DNA of 64,000 bases from Vulcanimicrobiota bacterium (GCA_963812155.1 CAWETW010000003.1:960001-1024000), one strand, 5' to 3'. Positions 28,450-39,286 are shown, counted from the first letter of the stretch. The notes: generated from the letters alone by a model not told the origin. A program made the numbers and translations.

Positions 28450-29800
28450 CGCGGCTGACCGTCATCGGCGGCGGCCTCGCGGGATGCGAGGCGGCATGGC
28501 AAGCCGCGCGCCGCGGCGTCGACGTCGATTTGTACGAGATGCGGCCGCATCGCACGCGGTCCGGCGCACCAGACGGGCGATGCTGGCCGAACTCGTCTGC
28601 AGCAACTCGCTGCGCGGCGCCGCGCTCGAGAACGCGGTCGGGCTGCTCAAAGAAGAGCTCGCGCGGCTCGATTCGCTCATCGTCACGTCGGCGCGCGAAG
28701 CCGCGGTGCCGGCCGGCGGCGCGCTGGCCGTCGACCGCGAGCGGTTCTGCCGCTGCCGTCGAATCGCGCTATCGCACCACCCGCGCTTCGCATCGTGCGT
28801 GACGAAGTCCGCGCGATTCCGCGCGATCGGTCCGGTCATCGTCGCGTGCGGACCGTTGCCGTCGCAGCGCTGCTCGACGACGATCGACGCGCTGCTGCGA
28901 GAGGCAACGGGCCGGCCTCGGCGCGCGGCTGCACTACTTCGATGCTGCGTCGCCGATCGTCGCGACCGACTCGATCGACGAGACGCCGATGTACCGCAAG
29001 TCGCGCTACGATAAAGGCGACGGCGACGACTACCTCAACATTCCGCTCGACAAGCGAGCAGTACCTGCAGCTCGTCGCCGATCTGCGGACGCTGCCGACG
29101 CCACGAGCCGAAAGATTTCGAGGACGGCGACGCGCAAGGTACTTCGAAGGCTGCCTGCCGATCGAAGAGATGGCCGATCGCGGCGACGATACGCTGCGCT
29201 TCGGTCCGCTGAAACCGGTCGGATTGCGCGATCCGCGCACCGGCACGACGCCGTACGCCGTCGTGCAGCTGCGCAAGGAAAACGTCGGAGGGCACCGCGT
29301 TCAACCTCGTCGGCTTCCAAACGCGCCTGACGTGGCCCGCGCAAAAGGAAGCGTTCGGAAAACTCCCGGGCTTGCCAACGCCGAGTGGCTGCGTCTGGGC
29401 GTGATGCACCGCAACACGTTCATCGATTCACCGCGTCTGCTCGACGCGAAGCTCAGCTGCGCGACGCGACGGACTCTACTTCGCGGGACAGATCACCGGC
29501 GCCGAGGGCTACGTCGAAGCGGCCGCTTGCGGCGCGATGGCCGGAACGCACGCGGCGCGCGCGATTCTGGGCTATCCGCGATCGAGTTTCCGCGCGAGAC
29601 CGCGTTCGGCGCCGTCGTCGCGCATCTGCAGAACACGGCCACACCCGACTTCCAACCGGCCAACGTCACGTGGGCGTCGTTCCCGCCGCCGGCGAACGAG
29701 GTCCAGCGACAAAAGGGCGCGGCGGCGCGCGCTGGCGGCGCGCGCGCTGGCGGCGGTCGATGCGATGGCGCGTGAAACCCCGCTCGCGCCGCGGGGGTAA
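28446..29800 (+). CDS. trmFO: tRNA (uracil-54) folate/FAD-dependent methyltransferase; indels as sequenced
   Basis: [57 protein letters not shown]. Confidence 0.93.
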
Positions 29801-29810
29801 TCACCGTACG

Positions 29811-30348
29811 ATGAGAATTCGATCGACGACGATTTTCGCGGTGCGTCGCGACGGCAAGCTCGCGATCGCCGGCGACGGCCAGGTGACGCTCGACAAGACG
29901 ATCGTGAAGCACGGCGCGCGCAAAGTGCGCAAGATCGCGGGCGGCAAGGTGCTGGCCGGCTTCGCGGGATCGGCCGCCGACGGCATCACGCTGCTCGAGA
30001 AGTTCGAGAACAAGTATCGGCGAGTACAAGGATCTGCACGCGCGCCGCCGTCGAGCTGGCCAAGGATTGGCGGCAAGACCGCGCGCTGCGCCGCCTCGAG
30101 GCGCTGCTGATCGTCGGAACGCCCGGAACATCTGTTCGTGCTCTCCGGTACCGGCGACGTGATCGAACCCGACGAAGGCATCGCCGCGATCGGCAGCGGC
30201 GGCCCCTACGCGCAAGCGGCCGCGGCGGCGCTGCTGCGCAACACCACGCTGGCCGCCGAGGAGATCGCGCGCAAGGCGCTCGGAGATCGCTGGCGAGATC
30301 TGCATCTACACCAACGACGACATCATCGTCGAAACGATCGAGGTTGAT
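29811..30348 (+). CDS. hslV: ATP-dependent protease peptidase subunit; indels as sequenced
   Basis: [11 protein letters not shown]...[29 protein letters not shown]. Confidence 0.93.
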
Positions 30349-31813
30349 TTGACGGCTACGACGCTACCGGCGGGAACGCTCGATCCAGGCACGCTGACGC
30401 CGCGCCAGATCGTCGCGGAACTCGACAAGTACATCGTCGGCCAAGGCAAGGCGAAACGCGCCGTCGCGATCGCGCTGCGCAATCGCTACCGGCGCGACAC
30501 GCGCTGCGCGAAGACCTGCGCGACGAGATCACGCCGAAGAACATCCTGATGATCGGTCCGACCGGCGTCGGCAAGACCGAGATCGCGCGCCGCTTGGCCG
30601 GCTCGTCGGCGCGCCGTTCGTGAAAGTCGAAGCGACGAAGTACACCGAGGTCGGCTACGTCGGCCGCGACGTCGAGTCGATGGTGCGCGATTTGGTCGAA
30701 GCCGCGATTCGCATGGTGAGCGACGAGCGCCGCGCCGAAGTGCGCGAAGCCGCCGAGCATCACGCCGTCGAGCGCATCATCGACGTGCTCCATCCGGAGA
30801 CGCGCCCACCGCCAGCGCAAGCCGGCGGCAATCCGTTACCGCGACGCTCGGCTCGATCTTCGGCGAACAACTTCCAACCCGCAGCAGCCGGCCCCGGCGC
30901 CGCAGCCGCCGCCGGCGGCGCACCGCCCGACAGCCGCAACGTGCGCGAACAGACGCGCGCCGAAATCGAGCGCGGCTTCTACGACGTGCGCTTGATCGAA
31001 ATCGAAGTCGAAGAAACGCCGAGCCTGCCGATCGGCATGATCGGCGGCATGGATCAAGGCGGGGGCGCCGACATCGGCGAGATGCTCGGCGGCATTCTTC
31101 CCAAACGAACGCAGCAAGAAACGCGTGACGGTCGCCGACGCGCGGCGCATCTTCGCGCAAGAAGAAGCGCAAAAACTCATCGACATGGATGCGGTCAAGC
31201 GCGAAGCGCTGCGCCGCGCCGGCGAAGACGGCATCATCTTCATCGACGAGATCGACAAGGTCGCCGGGCGCGAAGGCTCGCGCGGCGGCCCGGACGTTTC
31301 GCGCGAAGGCGTGCAGCGCGACATTCTGCCGATCGTCGAAGGCTCGACCGTCAACACGAAGTACGGCACGATCAAGACCGACCACGTGCTGTTCATCGCG
31401 GCCGGCGCGTTTCACATCAGCAAGCCGTCCGACCTGATCCCCGAACTGCAAGGCCGCTTTCCGATTCGCGTCGAGCTGGATTCGCTCACCGCCGACGATT
31501 TCAAAACGATTCTCACGCAGCCGAAGAACGCGCTGATCGAGCAGTACAAGGCGACTGCTCGCGACCGAGAACGTCACGCTCGATTTCCGTCCCGACGCCA
31601 TCGACCAGATCGCGACCTTCGCGATGCGAGTGAACGAAACCGGAGAAAACATCGGCGCGCGCCGTCTGCACACCGTGCTCGAGCGGCTTCTCGAAGACGT
31701 CAGCTTTGCGGCGCCCGAGGAAGCCGGCACCGTGCGTCATTGACGCCGCCTACGTCCGCGAACGGCTCGAAGACATCGTTGAGAACGCCGATCTTTCTGG
31801 GTATATCCTGTAG
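30349..31813 (+). CDS. hslU: ATP-dependent protease ATPase subunit; indels as sequenced
   Basis: [70 protein letters not shown]. Confidence 0.95.
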
Positions 31814-31879
31814 AGCGTTCCTAATGGCTTTCACATCTGCTCAGAAGGGGACAGAGCAGACCCAAGAGGATTTTACGGC

Positions 31880-32344
31880 ATGAAGAAGTCAATCGGCCTC
31901 ATCTTCGCCAGCGTGCTGGCGGCCGCTCTCGTTGCCGGTTGCAACTCCAGCGGCAGCAATAACAACAACAACGGCTTCGGAACCAACTGCGGCGGTCCGC
32001 CGAACGGGTTCCAGGTGCTGTATCCGCGCAACAACGCGCCACGCGTGCCTCCGGGCAACGCCAACGCCGTGTATGTCGCGGCCAAGCCGCCCCTCGTCGT
32101 CGGGAATTCGTATAACTTCCTGCCCGTCGTGCAAAGCGGTTCGCTGCCTTATACGTCCACGTTTGCAACCACGAACCAGTCGATTCCGAATCCGCACACC
32201 TCGCCGCAGCCGGGCTCGACCATCTACGTCGCCCAGTTCCTCTATCCGATCGGTCCCCTGCAAACGGTTCAACTCTACTGGAACGACGGTGGCACGGGAT
32301 GCACGCCGAACGTCATCGTGAGTTCGTTTACGACCGGACAGTAG
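31880..32344 (+). CDS. Hypothetical lipoprotein
   Basis: MKK...LVAG-C lipobox; SD GAGGA; two further Cys residues. Confidence 0.8.
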   Translation: MKKSIGLIFASVLAAALVAGCNSSGSNNNNNGFGTNCGGPPNGFQVLYPRNNAPRVPPGNANAVYVAAKPPLVVGNSYNFLPVVQSGSLPYTSTFATTNQSIPNPHTSPQPGSTIYVAQFLYPIGPLQTVQLYWNDGGTGCTPNVIVSSFTTGQ

Positions 32345-32455
32345 GGCTCGCTCGCGATCGCGAGTTACGGGCGAACGACATACCACCCTTGGGACGCTCG
32401 CATTTCCGCGCCCATCGGAAAGGATGATTCGGGGTTGGGGCGCGTATTGCCGGGG

Positions 32456-33001
32456 ATGGCGTACGTGCGGGAGATCGTTACCGACGGGCATTCGGTGCTC
32501 CGGAAGGTGGCGAAGAAGGTCGATCTCAAGGAGATCGGCGAGCCGCTCTTTCAACAGTTGATCGACGACATGTTCGAAACGATGTACGCGGCGCCCGGCG
32601 TGGGGTTGGCGGCGCCGCAAGTCAACGTTTCCAAACGCGTCTTCGTGATCGACGTGCGCGAGGACGAACATCCGCCCGCGGTAGTGATCAATCCAAAGTT
32701 TGAGTCGGCCGAAGAAGAAGTCGAACTGACCGAAGGCTGCCTTTCGGTTCCGGGCATGGTGGGCGAGATCGTGCGGTTCAAGCGCGTTGCGGTGAGCGGG
32801 CTGGATCGCGACGGTAATAAGATTCGCCTGGAAGGCGAAGGCATCTTCGCGCAGTGTCTGCAGCACGAAATCGGCCATCTCAACGGCGAGCTCTATATCG
32901 ACCGCGCGCGCGACGTGCGGCCCGCCGTCACCGAAGAAGAGGAAGAAGCTGCGGAGGGCGGCGTTCCCCACTCGGGCGACGCCGTCGGCGCGGAGGCCTA
33001 G
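32456..33001 (+). CDS. def: Peptide deformylase
   Basis: GVGLAAPQ, EGCLS, QHEIGHLNG. Confidence 0.95.
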   Translation: MAYVREIVTDGHSVLRKVAKKVDLKEIGEPLFQQLIDDMFETMYAAPGVGLAAPQVNVSKRVFVIDVREDEHPPAVVINPKFESAEEEVELTEGCLSVPGMVGEIVRFKRVAVSGLDRDGNKIRLEGEGIFAQCLQHEIGHLNGELYIDRARDVRPAVTEEEEEAAEGGVPHSGDAVGAEA

Positions 33002-33015
33002 CAGTCCCCGATCGT

Positions 33016-33843
33016 TTGCGGACGGTGTTTTTCGGGACGAGCGATTTTGCCGTGCCGAGTTTGCGCGTCGTCGCCGAAAAGACGCGTCTTGCCGGCGTCG
33101 TCACGCAACCCGACCGTCCGAGCGGCCGCGGCCATAAGCTGACAGCGTCGCCCGTCAAAGCGGCGGCGCTGGAACTGGGGTTGCGCGTGTTCCAGCCGCT
33201 GCAGCTGAAAGCGTTCGCGCAAGAGATCGACGGCGCCGTGGACCTTTTTGCGCTCGCATCCTACGGCCGTATTTTGCCGTCCTCGCTGCTCGCGGTTCCG
33301 CGACTCGGTTCGCTCAACGTCCATCCGTCGCTGCTGCCGAAATATCGCGGTGCGACGCCGATTCAAACCGCATTGCGCGACGGCGAGCGAGAAACCGGCG
33401 TCAGCCTGATGTTGATGGACGCCGGCATGGATACCGGCGATATCGTGCTTCAAGAGCGCGTCGCCATTGCGGCCGAAGAAACGTATGGCGAGCTGCACGA
33501 CCGTCTGGCCCGCATCGGTGCGGAGATGCTCGGGCGCGCGCTCGATGCGGCGGCAGAGGGTCCGTTGTCGCGACGCGCCCAAGAAGGCGCCGCGAGCGTC
33601 ACGGCGCCGATTCGCAAAGACGACCTCACGCTCGACTGGTCGTGGCCGGCGCAGCGCATCGTCGATCACGTCCGCGCGTATTCGCCGCAGCCCGCGGCGC
33701 GCGCCACGCTCGATGGCGAGACGGTGAAGATCCTGCGCGCGCACGTCGGCGAGAACGGCCGCGTGGAGATCGACGAACTGATCGCGCCGAATCGCGGACG
33801 CATGAGCGGCGCGGCGTACGCGCGGGGACGCGATAAGCCGTGA
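33016..33843 (+). CDS. fmt: Methionyl-tRNA formyltransferase
   Basis: FFGTSDFA, VVTQPDRP.GRG, NVHPSLLPKYRGATPI, MDTGD. Start approximate. Confidence 0.94.
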   Translation: MRTVFFGTSDFAVPSLRVVAEKTRLAGVVTQPDRPSGRGHKLTASPVKAAALELGLRVFQPLQLKAFAQEIDGAVDLFALASYGRILPSSLLAVPRLGSLNVHPSLLPKYRGATPIQTALRDGERETGVSLMLMDAGMDTGDIVLQERVAIAAEETYGELHDRLARIGAEMLGRALDAAAEGPLSRRAQEGAASVTAPIRKDDLTLDWSWPAQRIVDHVRAYSPQPAARATLDGETVKILRAHVGENGRVEIDELIAPNRGRMSGAAYARGRDKP

Positions 33844-35174
33844 ACGCGCGCGAAATCGCACTCGCGGTCGTTCGAGACGTGTTTCCCGATCCGGGCTCGC
33901 GCGTTCGCGCGCGCGGTGCCCAGGAGTCGCTCGACTACCGCGCGCGCGGAGCCAACGCGCAAGCGCGCGACCGCGCCTTCGCAACCGAACTCGCGTACGG
34001 CGCGATCAAGATGCGGCGCGCGCTCGACTGGCGGCTGGAGCCGTTTCTAGGAGAAAGAGCCGCCACGCTTCCGCCGGCGATTCGCGAGATTTTACGACTG
34101 GCGGCGTACGAAATTGCGTACACGCGCGCGGACGCGCACGCCACCGTGTTCGAATGGGTCAACTTGGCCAAACGCCACGGCCATCGCGGCCTGGGTAATC
34201 TGGTCAACGCGGTGCTGCGGTCGTATTTGCGCGATCCGACGTCCGGCCCGCAACGCGAATCGTTCGACGACGAGGACGAGTATCTCGCGACGCGTTATTC
34301 GCTGCCGACCTGGCTGGTGCGGCAGTGGCGTGCCGTCTTCGGCGAGCGCGTCGAAGCCGTATGCGCGGGCGTCGAGGAACCCGCGCGCGCGGCGATCACG
34401 GCAAACGCATTGAAGAACGATCGCGACAGCGTCGCCGCCGACCTGAGCGCAGCCGGAATCGCGTCGGTGCCGTCGACGCTCGTCGCAGAGTCGCTGCTCG
34501 TCGATGCCGGTGCGGGGGCGTTGCGGGCGCTCGAGCGCGACGCCGGCGGAGCTTGGTGGACGCAGTCCGAAAGTTCGGCGGCCGTCGTCGCATTGCTCGA
34601 TCCGCAGTACGGCGACGCCGTGCTCGACGTCTGCAGCGGGCGCGGCAGCAAAGCGCTTCAGGCCGGAATGCGTTTGGCCGGTACGGGACGCCTCGTCTGC
34701 GTCGAGCGCGACCCGCGCAAAGCCGAAGTCTTGGCGCAGCGCGCGGCAGAGGCGGGCGTCGACCTCGAGATGGTCGCCGGTGATGCAACCGACGTGCCCT
34801 TGGCCGAATCAGCGTTCGATCGTGCGCTGCTCGACGCTCCGTGTTCGGGCATCGGCGTCGCCGGGCGCCATCCCGAAGCCCGCTGGAAGAAGCTCTCGTC
34901 GGACGGCGAACGCCTGTCGGCGATGCAGCGCGCCCTGCTCGACCGGACCGCTCGCTGCGTACGCGGCGGCGGCACGCTTGCGTACGCGGTCTGTTCGACC
35001 GACCCGCGCGAGACGAACGAGGTCGTCGAGCCGCTCATCGAACGCGGCGATTTCGAGCGCGCGTCGCTGCCCGCGCCGTTCGAGGCGTTCGCGACGCCTG
35101 CGGGCGACGTGCTGATTCCGCCCGGTATCGGCGGCCGCGACGGCTTCTACGTCGCGCGTCTGGTACGGCGATGA
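33840..35174 (+). CDS. rsmB: 16S rRNA m5C967 methyltransferase (Sun/RsmB)
   Basis: NusB-like N-terminus (LVNAVLR), VLDVCSGRGSK, LLDAPCSG.G, YAVCS, DGFY. Confidence 0.9.
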   Translation: MNAREIALAVVRDVFPDPGSRVRARGAQESLDYRARGANAQARDRAFATELAYGAIKMRRALDWRLEPFLGERAATLPPAIREILRLAAYEIAYTRADAHATVFEWVNLAKRHGHRGLGNLVNAVLRSYLRDPTSGPQRESFDDEDEYLATRYSLPTWLVRQWRAVFGERVEAVCAGVEEPARAAITANALKNDRDSVAADLSAAGIASVPSTLVAESLLVDAGAGALRALERDAGGAWWTQSESSAAVVALLDPQYGDAVLDVCSGRGSKALQAGMRLAGTGRLVCVERDPRKAEVLAQRAAEAGVDLEMVAGDATDVPLAESAFDRALLDAPCSGIGVAGRHPEARWKKLSSDGERLSAMQRALLDRTARCVRGGGTLAYAVCSTDPRETNEVVEPLIERGDFERASLPAPFEAFATPAGDVLIPPGIGGRDGFYVARLVRR

Positions 35175-35827
35175 GCATCTTCGAGCGCATCGAACGCGCC
35201 TGCGCCGCGTTCATCGAGCGCAGTTTCGCGAAGACCTTTCCTAGCGACTTAGAACCCGCGCAGATCGCGCGGAAACTCGTTTCGACGATGGAAGCACAGA
35301 CGCGCACCGAGGACGGGAAGATCTCCGCGCCGGGGCGATACGTCGCATACGTCAATGCCGCCGATTTCGAACGCTTGCAGCCGCATCGCACGTACTTGGA
35401 GCGCGAATGGCGCAGCCTGCTCGAAGAGCTTGCGACGCGCGTCGGCATCGTTTTCACCGACGGGGACGCAGGCGTCACGATGCTGGCGCGCGACGACGTC
35501 CCGGCGGGGGCGGTGGAGGTCGCGACCGACCGCGCCCGCCGCTTTGCGTTGCGGGTGGTCAAGGGCGTCTCGGATTTCGCGGTCTATCCGGTGGAAAGCA
35601 CGGCGCGCATCGGGCGCGGACTCGAATGCGACGTGACGCTCAACGATCCGAGCGTTTCCCGCGCACACGCGGTCATCGAGACTGAGGGCGCGGAGCCGAC
35701 CGTCCGCGATTTGGGGTCGACCAATGGTACGTTCGTCAACGGCGCTCGCGTGCAGGCGGCGCGCCTGCGCGACGGCGACGAGCTGCGTTTCGGAAATACG
35801 CAGATGCTTTTCGAGGCATCCACGTGA
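35171..35827 (+). CDS. FhaA-like protein (DUF3662 + FHA)
   Basis: FPSDLEPAQIARKL N-terminal domain; IGRG...VSRAHA...DLGSTNGTFVNG. Confidence 0.88.
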   Translation: MSIFERIERACAAFIERSFAKTFPSDLEPAQIARKLVSTMEAQTRTEDGKISAPGRYVAYVNAADFERLQPHRTYLEREWRSLLEELATRVGIVFTDGDAGVTMLARDDVPAGAVEVATDRARRFALRVVKGVSDFAVYPVESTARIGRGLECDVTLNDPSVSRAHAVIETEGAEPTVRDLGSTNGTFVNGARVQAARLRDGDELRFGNTQMLFEAST

Positions 35828-36246
35828 CGTTTCAAGCCCAGATGCGCGTCGGCACGCTCGAAATCACGGCGGCGCTGCTGCTCGTGGCGATCGTCGCCGC
35901 GCGGCCTCGCGTGCGAGCGGCCGCCGAAATCGGTCGTATGCAGCCGATGCGGGTGGCGCTGGAGGTCGTCGAGTTCGACCGGCGCCGCGACTACGAAGGG
36001 CGTCCGCCGTTCGAGGTGGGCCGGGGGCGCGAACTCGACCTGGTGCTGCGCGACCCGGAGGTGAGCCGGAGGCACGCTCGCTTCGAAAGCCAAAACGGCG
36101 TCGTGTACGTTGAAGATTTACACAGCCGCAACGGGACGTTCCTGAACGGGCGGCGCGTCGGCGAGGCGATCGAGGTGCGCGACGGCGACGCGGTAGATGT
36201 TGGAGCGACGCGCTTGCTGGTACAATCGATACGACCGTGGACGTGA
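35824..36246 (+). CDS. Membrane-anchored FHA-domain protein (FhaB-like)
   Basis: N-terminal hydrophobic segment; VGRG...VSRRHA...DLHSRNGTFLNG. Confidence 0.88.
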   Translation: MTFQAQMRVGTLEITAALLLVAIVAARPRVRAAAEIGRMQPMRVALEVVEFDRRRDYEGRPPFEVGRGRELDLVLRDPEVSRRHARFESQNGVVYVEDLHSRNGTFLNGRRVGEAIEVRDGDAVDVGATRLLVQSIRPWT

Positions 36247-36256
36247 GGGTCGAGCG

Positions 36257-37000
36257 TTGAACGTAGCCATTCGGGGTGACCGCGCCTCGTGCTTGACGAT
36301 TCAGTTGGGGCCGCGAACGTGGCTGCTCGCGGTGACGCGCGGCTTCGGTTCGGTCGACGGCGTCCCGACCGAGCGCGCGCTGCTCGCGCAGCTGCGAGCC
36401 GAATGCGAGCGCCGGCTCCGCCGCGAGCGGTTCCGGCGCGCCGTCGATCGTCCGCCGGCTGCGGCGACCGCGGTGCTGGCGGCACTCGCTCGCGCCAACG
36501 CCGAAATCCACGCGCGCACGCCGGGTCACGACGATTACGTCACGGCCGCCTGTTCGCTGACGGCGGTGCTCATCGTGCGAGGGCACGCCTACGTGATGCA
36601 TTGCGGGGGAACTGCGGCGTACTTGGCGCACGGCGCCGACGTGATTGCGCTCTCCGGCGACGATACGTTCGAAGATGCGGGGATGCCGGTGCTGGCGCGA
36701 GCGCTCGGAACGAGCACGGGGCTCGACGTCGCCGTTTCGAGCGTGCTGCTCGATGCGGGCGACGTCGTGATTCTGACGAGCCGGCGTCTTGCCGGCTCGG
36801 TCGACCGCCGCTCACTCGCCGCGCACGTCGAATCGGCGGATCCAGCCGAGCAGGTGCTGGTGGCGCGGTTCGAACGCGACGACGCCGCCGACGACGGCGC
36901 GGCTAACGATTCGCGCCGCAAAGCGTTTGCGATAGGACCGGTCCTCGTGCGCGCGGCTGTCGCCGTGCTGCTCGTGCTCGCATTGGTATTGGCGCGCTGA
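36257..37000 (+). CDS. PP2C/PstP-fold protein with degenerate active site and C-terminal TM
   Basis: LLAVTRGFGS, ARANAEI, ACSLTAVL...MHCGGTAAYL, LARALG, GDVVILTSRRL; occupies the pstP position. Confidence 0.72.
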   Translation: MNVAIRGDRASCLTIQLGPRTWLLAVTRGFGSVDGVPTERALLAQLRAECERRLRRERFRRAVDRPPAAATAVLAALARANAEIHARTPGHDDYVTAACSLTAVLIVRGHAYVMHCGGTAAYLAHGADVIALSGDDTFEDAGMPVLARALGTSTGLDVAVSSVLLDAGDVVILTSRRLAGSVDRRSLAAHVESADPAEQVLVARFERDDAADDGAANDSRRKAFAIGPVLVRAAVAVLLVLALVLAR

Positions 37001-37029
37001 TCGCCGTCCTCGTCCGGCGGTTCGCGCCG

Positions 37030-38238
37030 ATGCTCGGAGCGCTCGCCGCCGGCGCGTTGATTCTCTCGTACGCCCCGCGGCACACCGTCGGTCCGGCATG
37101 GCTGCTCGCACTGCTGGCCGCACTCGCGTTGTGCTGGGTCGGCCTGCAGCCGCGTGGAGGCGTTCGCGACGACATGCTGCCCGCACTGGCCGTCGTGCTT
37201 TCGGCATTCGGCTTGGCGGTCGTGGCGCGGCTCTCTCCGGCGCTGGCGCAGAAACAGCAGTATTGGCTGTTGTTTTCGCTCATGCTCGCCATCGCCGCCG
37301 GACCGGCGTTCACCCACTTTCGGCGCTTTGCCGCGTACAAGTACCTGTGGGTGATTGCCTCGCTCGTCCTATTCGTGCTGCTGCTGGTATTCGGCGAAGA
37401 AATCAACGGCGCGCGGCTGTGGATCCGCATCGGCGCGGTGCAGTACGAGCCGATCGAGTTCATCAAACTCTTCATCGTGCTGTTCTTAGCGGCGTATCTG
37501 GCCGAGATGTCCGACGTGATTGCCAACGCGCGGCCATGGTCGCTGCAGGCCAACGTCAAGTACTTAGGACCGCTGTTCATCGGGTGGGGCGCGTCCATCG
37601 CGATCCTCGTCGTGCAGCACGACTTAGGCATGGCCACGCTGCTGCTGGCGACGTTCGCCGCGCTGCTCTTCGTCGCCACGCGGCGCGTCGACATCGTCGC
37701 GCTCGGGGCGGCGATTTTTGCTGCGGGCGCCTACTGGGCGTCGCGGCGTTTCGCCTACGTGCACGCGCGCATCGCGATATGGCGCAATCCATTTGCCGAT
37801 CCGCTCGGCGCGGGCTATCAGTCGTCGCAGGCGTACTATGCGTTAGCTGCGGGCGGTTTGTTCGGAACGGGGTTCCGGTTGGGACATCCGACCTTCATCC
37901 CCGACGTCGCCACGGATTACGTCTACGCGGCGATTTCCGAAGAGTTCGGACTGCTTGGCGCCGCGATCGTGCTCGCGATTTTCATCGGTCTCGTCCGGCG
38001 CATTCTCGCGGCGGGCCTGGAACAACCCGATCTTTACGCAAAATTGCTCGCGGTCGGGCTCGGCACGACGCTCGGCGTGCAAGTCTTCATCATCGTCGGC
38101 GGCGTCGTCGGCTTGTTTCCGCTCACCGGCATCACGCTGCCGTTCATTTCGTACGGCGGCAGCTCGCTGGTCTCGAACTTTCTTCTGGTCGCACTGGCGT
38201 GGGCGATGAGCGCGCGCCCGGTGCAAACGCAGTCGTGA
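37030..38238 (+). CDS. rodA: SEDS-family peptidoglycan polymerase (RodA/FtsW)
   Basis: NGARLWI, EPIEFIK, QHDLG, TDYVYAAISEEFG, PLTGITLPFISYGGSS. Confidence 0.92.
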   Translation: MLGALAAGALILSYAPRHTVGPAWLLALLAALALCWVGLQPRGGVRDDMLPALAVVLSAFGLAVVARLSPALAQKQQYWLLFSLMLAIAAGPAFTHFRRFAAYKYLWVIASLVLFVLLLVFGEEINGARLWIRIGAVQYEPIEFIKLFIVLFLAAYLAEMSDVIANARPWSLQANVKYLGPLFIGWGASIAILVVQHDLGMATLLLATFAALLFVATRRVDIVALGAAIFAAGAYWASRRFAYVHARIAIWRNPFADPLGAGYQSSQAYYALAAGGLFGTGFRLGHPTFIPDVATDYVYAAISEEFGLLGAAIVLAIFIGLVRRILAAGLEQPDLYAKLLAVGLGTTLGVQVFIIVGGVVGLFPLTGITLPFISYGGSSLVSNFLLVALAWAMSARPVQTQS

Positions 38239-38675
38239 AGCGCAGGGCTGCGGCATTGCTGCTGGCGGCGTGCACGCTGGCGGGATGCGCGCGCGAAGGC
38301 GCGTCCGCGCAAGCGTCGCGCGAGCAAGCCGGCAATCCGGGCTCGTCGAGCGACGGCGGGCGCATCTACCTGACGAACTGCTCGAGTTGCCATCAAGCCG
38401 ACGGTCGAGGCGTTCCCGGCGCATTTCCGGCGCTGGCCGGAAATCGCGCCGTAACGGGCGACCCGCGCCGTCCGATCGTCGCGGTGAAGTTCGGGCTGCG
38501 GGGACAGCGTCCGGCGTGGGGACTCGGAGGCGAAATGCCGGCGTGGAACGGCCTGCTCGGCGATGCCGAGATCGCCGACGTCGTAACCTATATCCGGTTC
38601 GCGTGGCGCAACGGCGCCCCGCCGGTGAGCGAGGCGCAAGTGCGCGCCGTCAAGGCTCCGCAGAGCGGCCGCTGA
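38235..38675 (+). CDS. Monoheme cytochrome c lipoprotein
   Basis: LAG-C lipobox, CSSCH heme motif, GAFPAL, MPAW, IADVVTYIR.AW.N. Confidence 0.9.
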   Translation: MKRRAAALLLAACTLAGCAREGASAQASREQAGNPGSSSDGGRIYLTNCSSCHQADGRGVPGAFPALAGNRAVTGDPRRPIVAVKFGLRGQRPAWGLGGEMPAWNGLLGDAEIADVVTYIRFAWRNGAPPVSEAQVRAVKAPQSGR

Positions 38676-38701
38676 GGTGCTCGCACGCCGTTGGGGCGTG
38701 A

Positions 38702-39286
38702 TTAGGCGGCGAGCGAAAACTCCGTGCGAAAGATCCCGTCGACGTAGTCGTGCATGCGGGGATCGATGCGGCGCAGGCGCTCGCGCGTCGCGCGCGGCCA
38801 GGGCGAGGCGGGATCGTTGATGCCGACGTACGCACGCACCGACTCGGCAAAATACTCGTCGATACCGGTCGCGGCATACGGCGTCACGAAAGCGCGTGCG
38901 CCGGTGAAGAGGGCGCGCACGCGCGGATCGACGCCGGAGCGATAAACGCCTCCGCCTAACGCGCAGTCGAGGGCGTGTCCGAATTCGTGCGCGACCGTCA
39001 TCGGGCTTCGCGACCGCAAATACAGCGAACGTTCTTCCACGACGAACAGGCCGGCGGGCGGCGCAGGCCACGCGTCGACGTCGATGCCGAGTCGCGCCAG
39101 CGTCGCGGACGCCTCGCGGTAGAGCTCGCCGGGACGCATGGGCAAGACGGCAATGCCGGCGTCGCGCGCATAAGCAAGCGGCCCGAGTCCAAAGCGCACG
39201 AGCGTTTGGAGGATCGCCGGTTCGGCCGGCCGCTCGTGCCCAGCGTGAAAGAGATGGCGGGCGGCCGATACGGCGTCGTCGTGCAT
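38702..39286 (-). CDS. Zinc metallopeptidase, anthrax-LF/PPEP-1/MtfA-like (ATLF-type) domain
   Basis: AHEFGHALD and YAATGIDEYFAES, LRRIDP. Start ATG 39286 or 39310. Confidence 0.75.
   Translation of the reverse strand: MHDDAVSAARHLFHAGHERPAEPAILQTLVRFGLGPLAYARDAGIAVLPMRPGELYREASATLARLGIDVDAWPAPPAGLFVVEERSLYLRSRSPMTVAHEFGHALDCALGGGVYRSGVDPRVRALFTGARAFVTPYAATGIDEYFAESVRAYVGINDPASPWPRATRERLRRIDPRMHDYVDGIFRTEFSLAA

Noticed and set aside
30301..30420. Apparent in-frame HslV-HslU fusion ([20 protein letters not shown]...LTPRQ)
   Set aside because: Lies in the indel-rich tract, and one base change restores a stop near 30345.
31958..31972. (AAC)n microsatellite
   Set aside because: Five Asn codons in a lipoprotein linker; in frame and too short to imply phase variation.
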